From an uncultured virus (IMG/VR IMGVR_UViG_3300046096_000178) (lineage: Duplodnaviria > Heunggongvirae > Uroviricota > Caudoviricetes), in IMG/VR virus record IMGVR_UViG_3300046096_000178: DNA of 20,000 nt. One strand, written 5' to 3'. Positions 7,519 through 15,044 of the stretch are shown here, in pieces. Below the pieces are notes generated by a model. The model worked only from the letters and a program-made list of their open reading frames with translations. It was not told the origin of the DNA and ran no database searches. The first letter of the stretch is position 1. Each line of letters opens with the position of its first letter. Both the position numbers and the translations under genes were made by a program.

Positions 7519-8495
7519 GTATAAATACACTAGGCTCGCAGCCTATATCGGCACTTAGCTCGGGAGCTTCTACCCCTCCAACTACGGTTACGCACGATAC
7601 AAGCGGGGCGATCGTTGGCGTTATTGGGTCTGTATCTGGCTCTGCGGCGCGGCTTCATGCTTTCAGCACGTCTGGTGCTTTATCTGGACAGATTGGTGCT
7701 GTATCAGGCACTGCAACACGCATACACGCATTCTCTGCCACTGGTGCATTGATTGGCCCTGGCGGTTCTTTGGCTGGAACTGCTAACAGAATCCGCTCGA
7801 TGGCAACGTCTGGCGTATTGGCGGGGCAGTCTTCATTGCTGGCAGGCTCTGCGGCTCGCTCTGGTGCAGTTTTGAGCCATGATACAACAGGTGCTATCGT
7901 TGGTCCTGGCGCATCAATCTCTGGTGCATCGAATCGGACTAGAGCAATATCGTCTTCTGGCGCGTTAATTGGCCAAAGCGCATTGCTTGCTGGTTCTGCT
8001 ACTCGATCCGGTGCAGTCGTAAGTCATGCTACTAGCGGCGCTCTTGTTGGTCAAATAGGCTCAATTGCAGGCGTTGCAGTCCACCAATCACTGCACACAT
8101 ATAGCGGCGCTATCGTTGGACAATTGGGTTCAATATCCGCGATTGCCACTCGCACGTCGTCGGTCTTAACTCCTACCAAATTGGGAGGCGATGATGCGTT
8201 TCACCACAATAAGCATACTGGCTGGAATAAAAAGACGTGGCAGAAAAAGCAGCTTCGCGAAGATGCTATTGAATCAACCATCGAGGCCACTTATCAACAA
8301 TTGATGGGGTTTGCGCCAGCGCCTGCCGTGGTGGCAGAGATTAAGCGCGAAGCAAAGGCCGAGATACCTCGAATCGATTACACGCAAGAGCGCAAGTTCA
8401 TTGATTGGTTATCGGCTGAAATACAATCTATCCGCAATATTGAGCGAGATATTGAAGACGACGACGAAGAAGCAATGATGCTTTTAATGGGGTAA
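7512..8495 (+). CDS. Repeat-containing putative virion fibre or anchor protein (~327 aa); TTG start at 7512 preferred over GTG at 7497
   Basis: GGGAG lies 8 nt upstream of TTG 7512. Eight 23-26-aa Gly/Ser/Ala repeats, then a charged helical C-terminus ending EDDDEEAMMLLMG. Confidence 0.75.
   Translation: MLGINTLGSQPISALSSGASTPPTTVTHDTSGAIVGVIGSVSGSAARLHAFSTSGALSGQIGAVSGTATRIHAFSATGALIGPGGSLAGTANRIRSMATSGVLAGQSSLLAGSAARSGAVLSHDTTGAIVGPGASISGASNRTRAISSSGALIGQSALLAGSATRSGAVVSHATSGALVGQIGSIAGVAVHQSLHTYSGAIVGQLGSISAIATRTSSVLTPTKLGGDDAFHHNKHTGWNKKTWQKKQLREDAIESTIEATYQQLMGFAPAPAVVAEIKREAKAEIPRIDYTQERKFIDWLSAEIQSIRNIERDIEDDDEEAMMLLMG
7593..8162 (+). repeat. Eight tandem, degenerate 23/26-aa protein repeats (consensus xxTSGAL/IxGxxGSL/IxGxAxR)
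   Basis: HDTSGAIVGVIGSVSGSAARLHA / FSTSGALSGQIGAVSGTATRIHA / FSATGALIGPGGSLAGTANRIRS / MATSGVLAGQSSLLAGSAARSGAVLS / HDTTGAIVGPGASISGASNRTRA / ISSSGALIGQSALLAGSATRSGAVVS / HATSGALVGQIGSIAGVAVHQSL / HTYSGAIVGQLGSISAIATRTSS. Confidence 0.9.
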
Positions 8496-8497
8496 AT

Positions 8498-8896
8498 ATG
8501 AACTATTCAAAGATACAAGAGCAATTGGGATTTTCAGAATCTGATAAAGCTACATGGATAGCAAACAACGGCAAGTATTACCAAGACCCAGAGCAGGGAT
8601 GGATTGACAAACTAATAATGCACGCTTACCCAACGCGCACAGCTTCCGTTTATGTAATGCCGTCTTATCAATCGCCTATTAGTGGAAAATGGATTGACAC
8701 ACCATCGCAGCGCCGTGACGATATGGCCCGTAATAACTCCCGCCCTTGGGAGGGTATGGAATCAGAGCGCAAAGCTGCAAGCGAACGAGTTAAAATCGAG
8801 GAAAAGCAAAAAGATACTGCCATTGAAAACGCAGTAGTTGGCGCTTATCATTCACTCAGCGATGATAAGAAATCAATATTATCTAACGCTTTGTGA
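8498..8896 (+). CDS. Conserved phage hypothetical protein preceding the scaffold (132 aa)
   Basis: Motif YQSPISGKWIDTPSQRRDDMARNNSRPWEG resembles proteins I recall between portal and scaffold in this podovirus type. Confidence 0.75.
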   Translation: MNYSKIQEQLGFSESDKATWIANNGKYYQDPEQGWIDKLIMHAYPTRTASVYVMPSYQSPISGKWIDTPSQRRDDMARNNSRPWEGMESERKAASERVKIEEKQKDTAIENAVVGAYHSLSDDKKSILSNAL

Positions 8897-8917
8897 TATA
8901 ACCCTGCTATATAGCAG
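8894..8917 (+). promoter_or_regulatory. Candidate extended -10 element (TGnTATAAC) followed by a perfect 14-bp palindrome CTGCTATATAGCAG
   Basis: TG at 8894-8895, TATAAC at 8897-8902, palindrome at 8904-8917, then GGAG and the scaffold ATG at 8932. No -35 match. Confidence 0.4.
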
Positions 8918-8931
8918 AAATTGGAGTAAAA

Positions 8932-9966
8932 ATGCAAGATGATGCGGACCTCTCAACAGAGGAAATTGAAAAACCCGAAGCGCTTTCGATGGACGATACC
9001 ATCCGGCAAACTTTGGAGAATATCGAATCCCGTGCCGATGATCGAGACGAAAATGGCAGGTTCACATCAAAAGAAACTCCAACAGAGCCAACAGAGCCCA
9101 AACCCGCAGAGCCCGAGGCAAGCGAAGAAGTCGCACCAGAGATTGCCGCTACTGAGCCAGAGCAAGTAACTATCCCCACTGAATTGCAGCGATTGGGTTT
9201 ACGCAAAGAAGCGGCCAGCGCTATTGCAAAAGACCCCGTAGTGATGCAAGAGTTTATCCGTCGCTCGGATGAAATGCACCGTGGGTTAGAGCAGTACCGC
9301 GAAAAAGCACAATTCGGTGACACGATGCGCAATGCGCTATCGCCATACATGCGCAACATTGAAGCTACGGGCATGGCTCCCGATGTGGCGGTTCAAGGCT
9401 TATTACAAGCTGACTCTATGCTGCGCACTGGAAGCTCAGAGCAGAAAGTACAAATGCTGCACAAAATTGCAGCGGACTACGGAATTGACATTCTCCAAGC
9501 GGCGCAAACACAAGTCGCGCCATTTGATAGCAACTCATACGCACTCCAACAAAAGCTTACCCAAATGGAAAGCTGGATTGCACAACAAACCCAAGCACGT
9601 CAGCAGCAAGAGAGCGCAACGCTTAACAGCGAAGTAGAAAGATTCTCAAGCGACCCCGCTAACGTGCATTTTGCGGCAGTTCGGGACGACATGGCTGACC
9701 TCATACAGGTTGGAATGGCTGCCGACCTCCGAGACGCCTATGAAAAGGCAATCTATGCTAACCCGACAGTACGCGCTCAAGTGCTTGCCCAACAGCAAGT
9801 CAAAGCAGAGACTGAGAGGAAAGCGATTGCTACTCAGAAAGCGCAATCTGCCAAGCAGGCGGCTGCGGTTAATGTATCTCGCAAGGGTACTTTGCCATCA
9901 GCAAGAGCCGTTGGCAGCATCGACGACACCATCAGGGACACAGCTCGCGAGCTGGGTCTAATCTAA
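8932..9966 (+). CDS. Capsid scaffolding protein (344 aa)
   Basis: Directly upstream of the major capsid gene. Acidic, Pro/Glu-rich N-terminus with RDENGRF motif, helical Q/A-rich body and an AYEKAIYANP motif. Confidence 0.85.
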   Translation: MQDDADLSTEEIEKPEALSMDDTIRQTLENIESRADDRDENGRFTSKETPTEPTEPKPAEPEASEEVAPEIAATEPEQVTIPTELQRLGLRKEAASAIAKDPVVMQEFIRRSDEMHRGLEQYREKAQFGDTMRNALSPYMRNIEATGMAPDVAVQGLLQADSMLRTGSSEQKVQMLHKIAADYGIDILQAAQTQVAPFDSNSYALQQKLTQMESWIAQQTQARQQQESATLNSEVERFSSDPANVHFAAVRDDMADLIQVGMAADLRDAYEKAIYANPTVRAQVLAQQQVKAETERKAIATQKAQSAKQAAAVNVSRKGTLPSARAVGSIDDTIRDTARELGLI

Positions 9967-9983
9967 TCTTTTAGGAGTTAATC

Positions 9984-10961
9984 ATGGCCTCTCCCGGTCA
10001 AAGCACCCTTTTCAATACCTTCACCGAACTGGTGAGCACTACTTATCGCAACCACAAAAAAGAAGTTGCCGATAACGTTTCCAACCACAATGCACTGTAT
10101 CGCCGTATTACAGAGAAAGGTCGTATCCGCTTGGAAGATGGTGGCTTGTCTATCGTCACGCCTTTGGACTACGCAGCTAACAGCACATACCAACGTTACT
10201 CCGGCTTTGACGTTTTGAACGTCGGTGCTGTTGACGTTATCTCTGCCGCTGAATATGCATGGCGACAAGTTGCTGTTAACGTGGCCGCTTCCGGTTTGGA
10301 AATTCGCACTAACAGCGGCTCCAATCGCATCATCAACTTTGTGAAAACAAAGCTGAAAAATGCCCAGCGTTCGATGGCTAACGGCTTGTCTGGTGACTTG
10401 TACTCTGACGGTACAGCATCTAACCAGATGAACGGCATTCAAGCATTGGTTTCTGACCTTGGCACTGGTACTGTGGGTGGTATCAACTCCACCAACTTCC
10501 CATTCTGGCAAAACCAAGTAATCAGCGCTGCTACTCAGGCTGTCACCGTTTCCGCTGCAACTATCGAAGCTGGCATCATGCTGCCTTTGTGGCTGCAATG
10601 TACCCGTGGCAACGATACGCCTGACTTGATCGTTATGGACTCGAACTATTTCAGCTTCTATGAAGCCTCGCAATCGTCTTTGAAGCGTTACGCTCCTGCT
10701 GACGAAGGTAAAGGCGGCATGATCAGCATGAAGTACAAGACCGCTGACGTGTTCTTTGATTCAAGCGCATCCGGCATCCCTGCTAACCATATGTACTTCT
10801 TGAATTCCGACTTCCTAGAGTTGGTTGTTCATCAAGATGCAAATATGGAAATCATGCCAGAGCTGCGTTCTGTCAATCAAGACGCATTGGTTATTCCAGT
10901 GTTGTTCCAAGGTAACTTGGTATGTTCTAACCGCGCTCGCCAGGGCGTTGGTAAGGCGTAA
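9984..10961 (+). CDS. Major capsid protein (325 aa, presumably HK97 fold)
   Basis: Strong TAGGAG Shine-Dalgarno, biased codons, position after the scaffold. Capsid-like motifs STTYRN..EVADNVSNHNAL, LYSDGT...MNGIQALV, MYFLNSDFL and GNLVCSNRARQG. Confidence 0.92.
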   Translation: MASPGQSTLFNTFTELVSTTYRNHKKEVADNVSNHNALYRRITEKGRIRLEDGGLSIVTPLDYAANSTYQRYSGFDVLNVGAVDVISAAEYAWRQVAVNVAASGLEIRTNSGSNRIINFVKTKLKNAQRSMANGLSGDLYSDGTASNQMNGIQALVSDLGTGTVGGINSTNFPFWQNQVISAATQAVTVSAATIEAGIMLPLWLQCTRGNDTPDLIVMDSNYFSFYEASQSSLKRYAPADEGKGGMISMKYKTADVFFDSSASGIPANHMYFLNSDFLELVVHQDANMEIMPELRSVNQDALVIPVLFQGNLVCSNRARQGVGKA

Positions 10962-10967
10962 TTTATA

Positions 10968-10987
10968 GGGCCGGGGGAACCTGGCCC
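10968..10987 (+). other. RNA hairpin after the major capsid gene (GNRA loop, no U-tract)
   Basis: GGGCCGGG-GGAA-CCTGGCCC: 8-bp stem with one G-U pair. Confidence 0.7.
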
Positions 10988-11006
10988 ATAACTTAAAGGA
11001 ATCAAA

Positions 11007-11723
11007 ATGTTTTCAGCAATTTCCCCCACTCTGGGCACTCAACCATTCAATGACTGGTTCGCCCCTGACACCGTGCAACGTCACCCCCTCGGCATGACCG
11101 TTACCGCCGTGGATCCCTATTGGGGAACGGGCAAGTTTGTCTACATCAAATCAGCTGCAGCTATCCTCAAGGGTTCGCTGGTAATGTGGTCTGAACTCTA
11201 TGAAGGCGCTCTGTTGCCATCTACCGCTGGTCAAGGTTTCGCCTTTGGCGTGGCAATGGCTCCTACTGCCTCTGGCTCTTACGGCTGGGTTCAAACCGAA
11301 GGTTTGGCAGTGTACAAGACCAATGCAACCGTTGCGGCTGATACAGCCGTAGCAGTGGCAGCGGCTGGTATCGCTGGAACTTTAGCCGCTGGCAAACAAC
11401 TGCTAGGCACTCGCAACCGCATCGCTGCAACCGGTACAAAAACCGTTACTGCTGCGACTGTGCTGGGTTCTGGCAAGGTTGTCTGTGCATCCGGTTACGA
11501 TGGTTTCTTCCTCGGCATGGCATTGTCCGGCACTGGCATCCCCGCTAGTACCGTGGTAGCTGCTCTCGATCCCGATGGACGCACTATCTACACTGGCTCT
11601 GCTATCGGAACCACTGGCGATAAAAACGCGACTGCATCCGGTTCTATTACCCTCACGGGTACTTACACTGGCTACGGCGCTGGGGTTATCAACAACCCAT
11701 GCGCACAGGGCCAGATTCTCTAA
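11007..11723 (+). CDS. Capsid decoration (cement) or minor capsid protein (238 aa)
   Basis: AAGGA Shine-Dalgarno, follows the capsid gene, followed by a strong terminator. Motifs HPLG...GKFVYIK and SYGWVQTEG are typical of decoration proteins. Confidence 0.75.
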   Translation: MFSAISPTLGTQPFNDWFAPDTVQRHPLGMTVTAVDPYWGTGKFVYIKSAAAILKGSLVMWSELYEGALLPSTAGQGFAFGVAMAPTASGSYGWVQTEGLAVYKTNATVAADTAVAVAAAGIAGTLAAGKQLLGTRNRIAATGTKTVTAATVLGSGKVVCASGYDGFFLGMALSGTGIPASTVVAALDPDGRTIYTGSAIGTTGDKNATASGSITLTGTYTGYGAGVINNPCAQGQIL

Positions 11724-11735
11724 TCAGAATCTTGG

Positions 11736-11755
11736 AAGGGGCTTCGGCCCCTTTT
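11736..11755 (+). terminator. Rho-independent terminator with cUUCGg tetraloop
   Basis: AAGGGGC-TTCG-GCCCCTT-TT after the capsid/decoration pair. Confidence 0.9.
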
Positions 11756-11812
11756 ATTCCAGAGTGTACTAATCAGTGCATTCTGCAATAAATCCTAAAC
11801 AGGAAAGAGAAA

Positions 11813-12448
11813 ATGGAATTACATCAAGCACGCCCCCCATTCGTTGAATTCAAACGTGTCGCAATTCACGACAAACTTAGATCCGAAGAACTAGGTCGTC
11901 GGGTTACCAAAGACTTGGACATGGCATTTATCATGCAACCAGGCTCAAAAGATCAAGTCGAGCGTATTGCCGTTGATTGGCTGGCCATGCTAAAAATCAA
12001 GTCTGTGAACGGGTCTCCTGATGCTTACCCGCAAGAATGGATTGATGGATTCCACCGCAAGTTTGACTCTTGGAAAAATGGGCAAGATGCGCCATTGGAC
12101 GGCACATCCGTTAAAGAATGGCCAGTATTGTCACCGTCCCAAGCTGATAACTTTATCTCAATGCGCATATTGACAATTGAAGACGTTGCAGCTATGACCG
12201 AGGAAGCTATGCGCTCTTATGGCATGGGTGGCCGTGAGTTTAAGCAAAAGGCGCAAGAATGGTGCAAAGGCAAAGATTCTGCAACTCTTGAGAATGAGTT
12301 TCTCAAAAAGCAATTGTTAGAGCTAACGCAAAGGCTTTCACAATTGGAGCAAATCGCAGATAATACAGACGAACCTCTACAGGTTAAGCGAGGGCGCAAG
12401 CCTAAATCATTACTGCCAGATATGGCAGAGCGTCAATCTGTGGAGTAA
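11813..12448 (+). CDS. Conserved phage hypothetical protein (211 aa) with helix-hairpin-helix-like segment, short coiled coil and basic tail
   Basis: DGTSVKEWPVLS...ILTIEDVAAMTEE...GMGGREFKQKA, then LENEFLKKQLLELTQRLSQLE and KRGRKPK. Confidence 0.75.
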   Translation: MELHQARPPFVEFKRVAIHDKLRSEELGRRVTKDLDMAFIMQPGSKDQVERIAVDWLAMLKIKSVNGSPDAYPQEWIDGFHRKFDSWKNGQDAPLDGTSVKEWPVLSPSQADNFISMRILTIEDVAAMTEEAMRSYGMGGREFKQKAQEWCKGKDSATLENEFLKKQLLELTQRLSQLEQIADNTDEPLQVKRGRKPKSLLPDMAERQSVE

Positions 12449-12451
12449 TAC

Positions 12452-13162
12452 ATGGCGACCTGCCTTTCGATAGTTCAAGCAATAACTGGTAGATTGTCGC
12501 TGACAGTGCCTACGCAAGCCGTAGGAAATACTGATCAACAAATAACTACTATTCTCGCGCTATGTAACGAAGAAGGGCAGGAGCTTGCAGCACGCCACGA
12601 ATGGACTGGCCTGCAAACTGAGGCAACATTCACCACCTTGGCCGCTGAGAATCAGGGCGCAATGGAGACAATAGCCCCCGGTCTTGGTTACATCATCAAT
12701 GACACCATCTGGAACCGCACACTGCGTCGCCCTGTGTATGGTCCGAAGTCTGCCCAAGGCTGGCAACAAAACAAAGCCTTTGCAATCAATGGCCCTTGGT
12801 CAAACTTCCGTGTAAAGGGTGGCAGTCTTTACATGTACCCAACCCCTGTTGCAGGGCAAACATGCGTATTTGAATATACGACACGCAACTGGTGCAGTGA
12901 TTCCACTGGTGTAACTGGCTATGAAGAATGGTCCGCTGATACTGATATTCCGCGACTTGAATGGAATCTATTGGTATTGGGGACAATCTGGCGCTGGAAG
13001 AAGCTAAAGGGCTTTGAGTACGCCGAGGACTTCAACACCTACGAGCGGCGATGTATGGATGCGATGGGCAAGGATGGCTCTAAAGATTGGCTGAGTCTGT
13101 CCAACACTAAGTATGATATTTTCCCTGGCATCGTCGTTCCGTCAGGTAGCTGGAATATCTAA
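12452..13162 (+). CDS. Head-tail adaptor / tail tubular protein A-like (236 aa)
   Basis: GGAG Shine-Dalgarno. N-terminal helices (CLSIVQAI ... LCNEEGQELAARHEW), LYMYPTP strand, C-terminal LLVLGTIWRWK helix. Position before the nozzle gene. Confidence 0.8.
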   Translation: MATCLSIVQAITGRLSLTVPTQAVGNTDQQITTILALCNEEGQELAARHEWTGLQTEATFTTLAAENQGAMETIAPGLGYIINDTIWNRTLRRPVYGPKSAQGWQQNKAFAINGPWSNFRVKGGSLYMYPTPVAGQTCVFEYTTRNWCSDSTGVTGYEEWSADTDIPRLEWNLLVLGTIWRWKKLKGFEYAEDFNTYERRCMDAMGKDGSKDWLSLSNTKYDIFPGIVVPSGSWNI

Positions 13163-14718
13163 TGCGACAAGCTGCAAGAACAAAAGGGCGAAGAATAGCA
13201 GTATCAAACTCTGTTTCTTTGCCGTCTCCCGTCGGTGGGTGGAATGCTCGCGACACAATGACAAATATGAAGCCCGAAGATGCGGTGGTAATGGAAAATT
13301 GGTTTCCGCTGACGACAGAATGCCAACTGCGCAAGGGTTACACCAAAGAAACAACCGGAATAGTAGGTCAAGTAGAGAGTTTAATGGTCTATTCTGCTGG
13401 CACTAGCGAAAAGCTATTTGCAGTGGCTGGTGGTAGCTTCTACGATGCTTCAAACACTGGTGCAGTGGGAGCAGCGGTTGCAACTGGTAAGACTAACTCT
13501 CGCTGGCAATATACCAACATTGCAACGGCTGGCGGTAATTTTCTATACACTGCCAATGGTGTTGATAAACCAATGCTGTATGACGGCACTACATGGACGC
13601 TAATTGATGGCGCTTCTACCCCGTCAATCACAGGCGTGACAACGACCACACTTACAAGCCCGATAGTGTTTAAGAATCGCGCTTGGTTTATTGGTAAGAA
13701 CACCTTAAAAACATGGTATTTGCCAGTTTCATCCGTGGGCGGCGCTGCCAATCCGATTGATGTTTCATCGGTGGCTCAAAAGGGCGGATATATCGTCGCA
13801 CACTCTACTTGGACGATTGACGCAGGCACAGGCGTGGATGATTACTACGTCATCGTTACCAGTAATGGTGAGGTTATCGTGTATCAAGGGACTGACCCGT
13901 CAAGCGCTACAACATGGGCGCTTAAGGGCGTATGGGCATTAGGCGCACCGGTTGGAGAGCGTTGTTTATATAAATTCTCAGGCGACCTTTTTTATATCTC
14001 TCAGGACGGATTAGTCCCTATGGGCGGGGCATTGCAATCGTCGCGTGTAAACCCTAGGGTAGCTATAACAGACAAAATTCAATTTGCAATATCAAGCGCA
14101 GTTTCTAGTTATTCTGGGAACTTCGGTTGGGCGCTGGTTTATTATGCAAAAGAGAATATGCTGATTCTCAATGTGCCTACTGCTGAAGGTAATTTGCAAG
14201 AGCAATATGCAATGAACACCATAAGTAGGTCATGGGCTAAATTCACCGGATGGAATGCGAACTGTTGGGACTTATTTAACGACGAACCATACTTCGGCGG
14301 GGATGGTTTTGTAGGCCGCGCATGGAACGGGTTCGTTGATGACGTTTCAAATATCACCGGAACGTGCATACAGGCATTTTCAACCTATGGCAACCCAGGC
14401 AATCTAAAACGCTGGACGATGACTAGGCCAATATTGAGAGCGAGCGGAAGTCCAGTAATCAGCGGTGCAATGAATGTCGACTTTGATATGACGTTCAATA
14501 CTTCGCCGCTTTCATTCTCTCCTGTTGTTTATGGGGCATGGGATTCGTCTATATGGGACAGTGGTGTATTCGGCGCTGACTTCAACATCTACCAAGCATG
14601 GCAGGGTGTATCTGGTGTTGGGTATTACGGCGCACCTCAAATGAAAATCGCATCTAGTGGAATTGATGTTCGATGGGTATCTACGGACGTGGTTTATGAG
14701 TCAGGGTCTATTTTGTGA
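13162..14718 (+). CDS. Tail nozzle / packaged-DNA stabilisation protein (P22 gp10 / T7 gp12-like, 518 aa)
   Basis: TAATG coupling to the adaptor. PSPVGGWNARD...DAVVMENWFP N-terminus and W/G/T-rich beta-propeller-like composition. Confidence 0.85.
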   Translation: MRQAARTKGRRIAVSNSVSLPSPVGGWNARDTMTNMKPEDAVVMENWFPLTTECQLRKGYTKETTGIVGQVESLMVYSAGTSEKLFAVAGGSFYDASNTGAVGAAVATGKTNSRWQYTNIATAGGNFLYTANGVDKPMLYDGTTWTLIDGASTPSITGVTTTTLTSPIVFKNRAWFIGKNTLKTWYLPVSSVGGAANPIDVSSVAQKGGYIVAHSTWTIDAGTGVDDYYVIVTSNGEVIVYQGTDPSSATTWALKGVWALGAPVGERCLYKFSGDLFYISQDGLVPMGGALQSSRVNPRVAITDKIQFAISSAVSSYSGNFGWALVYYAKENMLILNVPTAEGNLQEQYAMNTISRSWAKFTGWNANCWDLFNDEPYFGGDGFVGRAWNGFVDDVSNITGTCIQAFSTYGNPGNLKRWTMTRPILRASGSPVISGAMNVDFDMTFNTSPLSFSPVVYGAWDSSIWDSGVFGADFNIYQAWQGVSGVGYYGAPQMKIASSGIDVRWVSTDVVYESGSIL

Positions 14719-15044
14719 TTGACAAATGGCGCTATCTGTTGGAGCCGCTAATAAATGAGTCTATGGCCCCTATTCCTTGGGAACAAGTAAAGCAGCAAGA
14801 CTATATTTTGTTTGAGTGCGGAGAATCTGTGTTAGTGGCAAATAGCAGTTTTATGTTTGGTAAAAAATCCATACAGATATGGCTAGCTGCTGGCATAATG
14901 GAGGAAATAGACGTTCTGGCTCAACAGGCAGAAGACTATGGCCGAAATAACGGATTTGAGCTTATTGCCTACTGCGGTAGAAAAGGCTGGATTAAATCAC
15001 ACGGCTATAAAGAGGTTGCAACTGTTGGAGTAAAGAATCTATGA
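14715..15044 (+). CDS. GNAT-like virion assembly protein (position of T7 gp13 / P22 gp14; 109 aa)
   Basis: GTGA overlap upstream and ATGA overlap downstream. IWLAAG...AEDYGRNNGFELI...GRKGW...GYK pattern. Lies between nozzle and ejection genes. Confidence 0.7.
   Translation: MIDKWRYLLEPLINESMAPIPWEQVKQQDYILFECGESVLVANSSFMFGKKSIQIWLAAGIMEEIDVLAQQAEDYGRNNGFELIAYCGRKGWIKSHGYKEVATVGVKNL

Noticed and set aside
8904..8917. LexA/SOS box
   Set aside because: Spacing is CTG-N8-CAG, not the CTG-N10-CAG (CTGT-N8-ACAG) of the E. coli-type box.
8907..9374. 155-aa minus-strand ORF
   Set aside because: Antisense to the scaffold gene. Its Ser-rich composition mirrors the sense codons.
9978..10673. 231-aa minus-strand ORF
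   Set aside because: Antisense shadow of the codon-biased major capsid gene, with no protein-like motifs.
10930..11007. Programmed frameshift or read-through extending the capsid protein (T7 10B-like)
   Set aside because: No slippery heptamer near the stop, the stop is TAA, and the next gene has its own Shine-Dalgarno.
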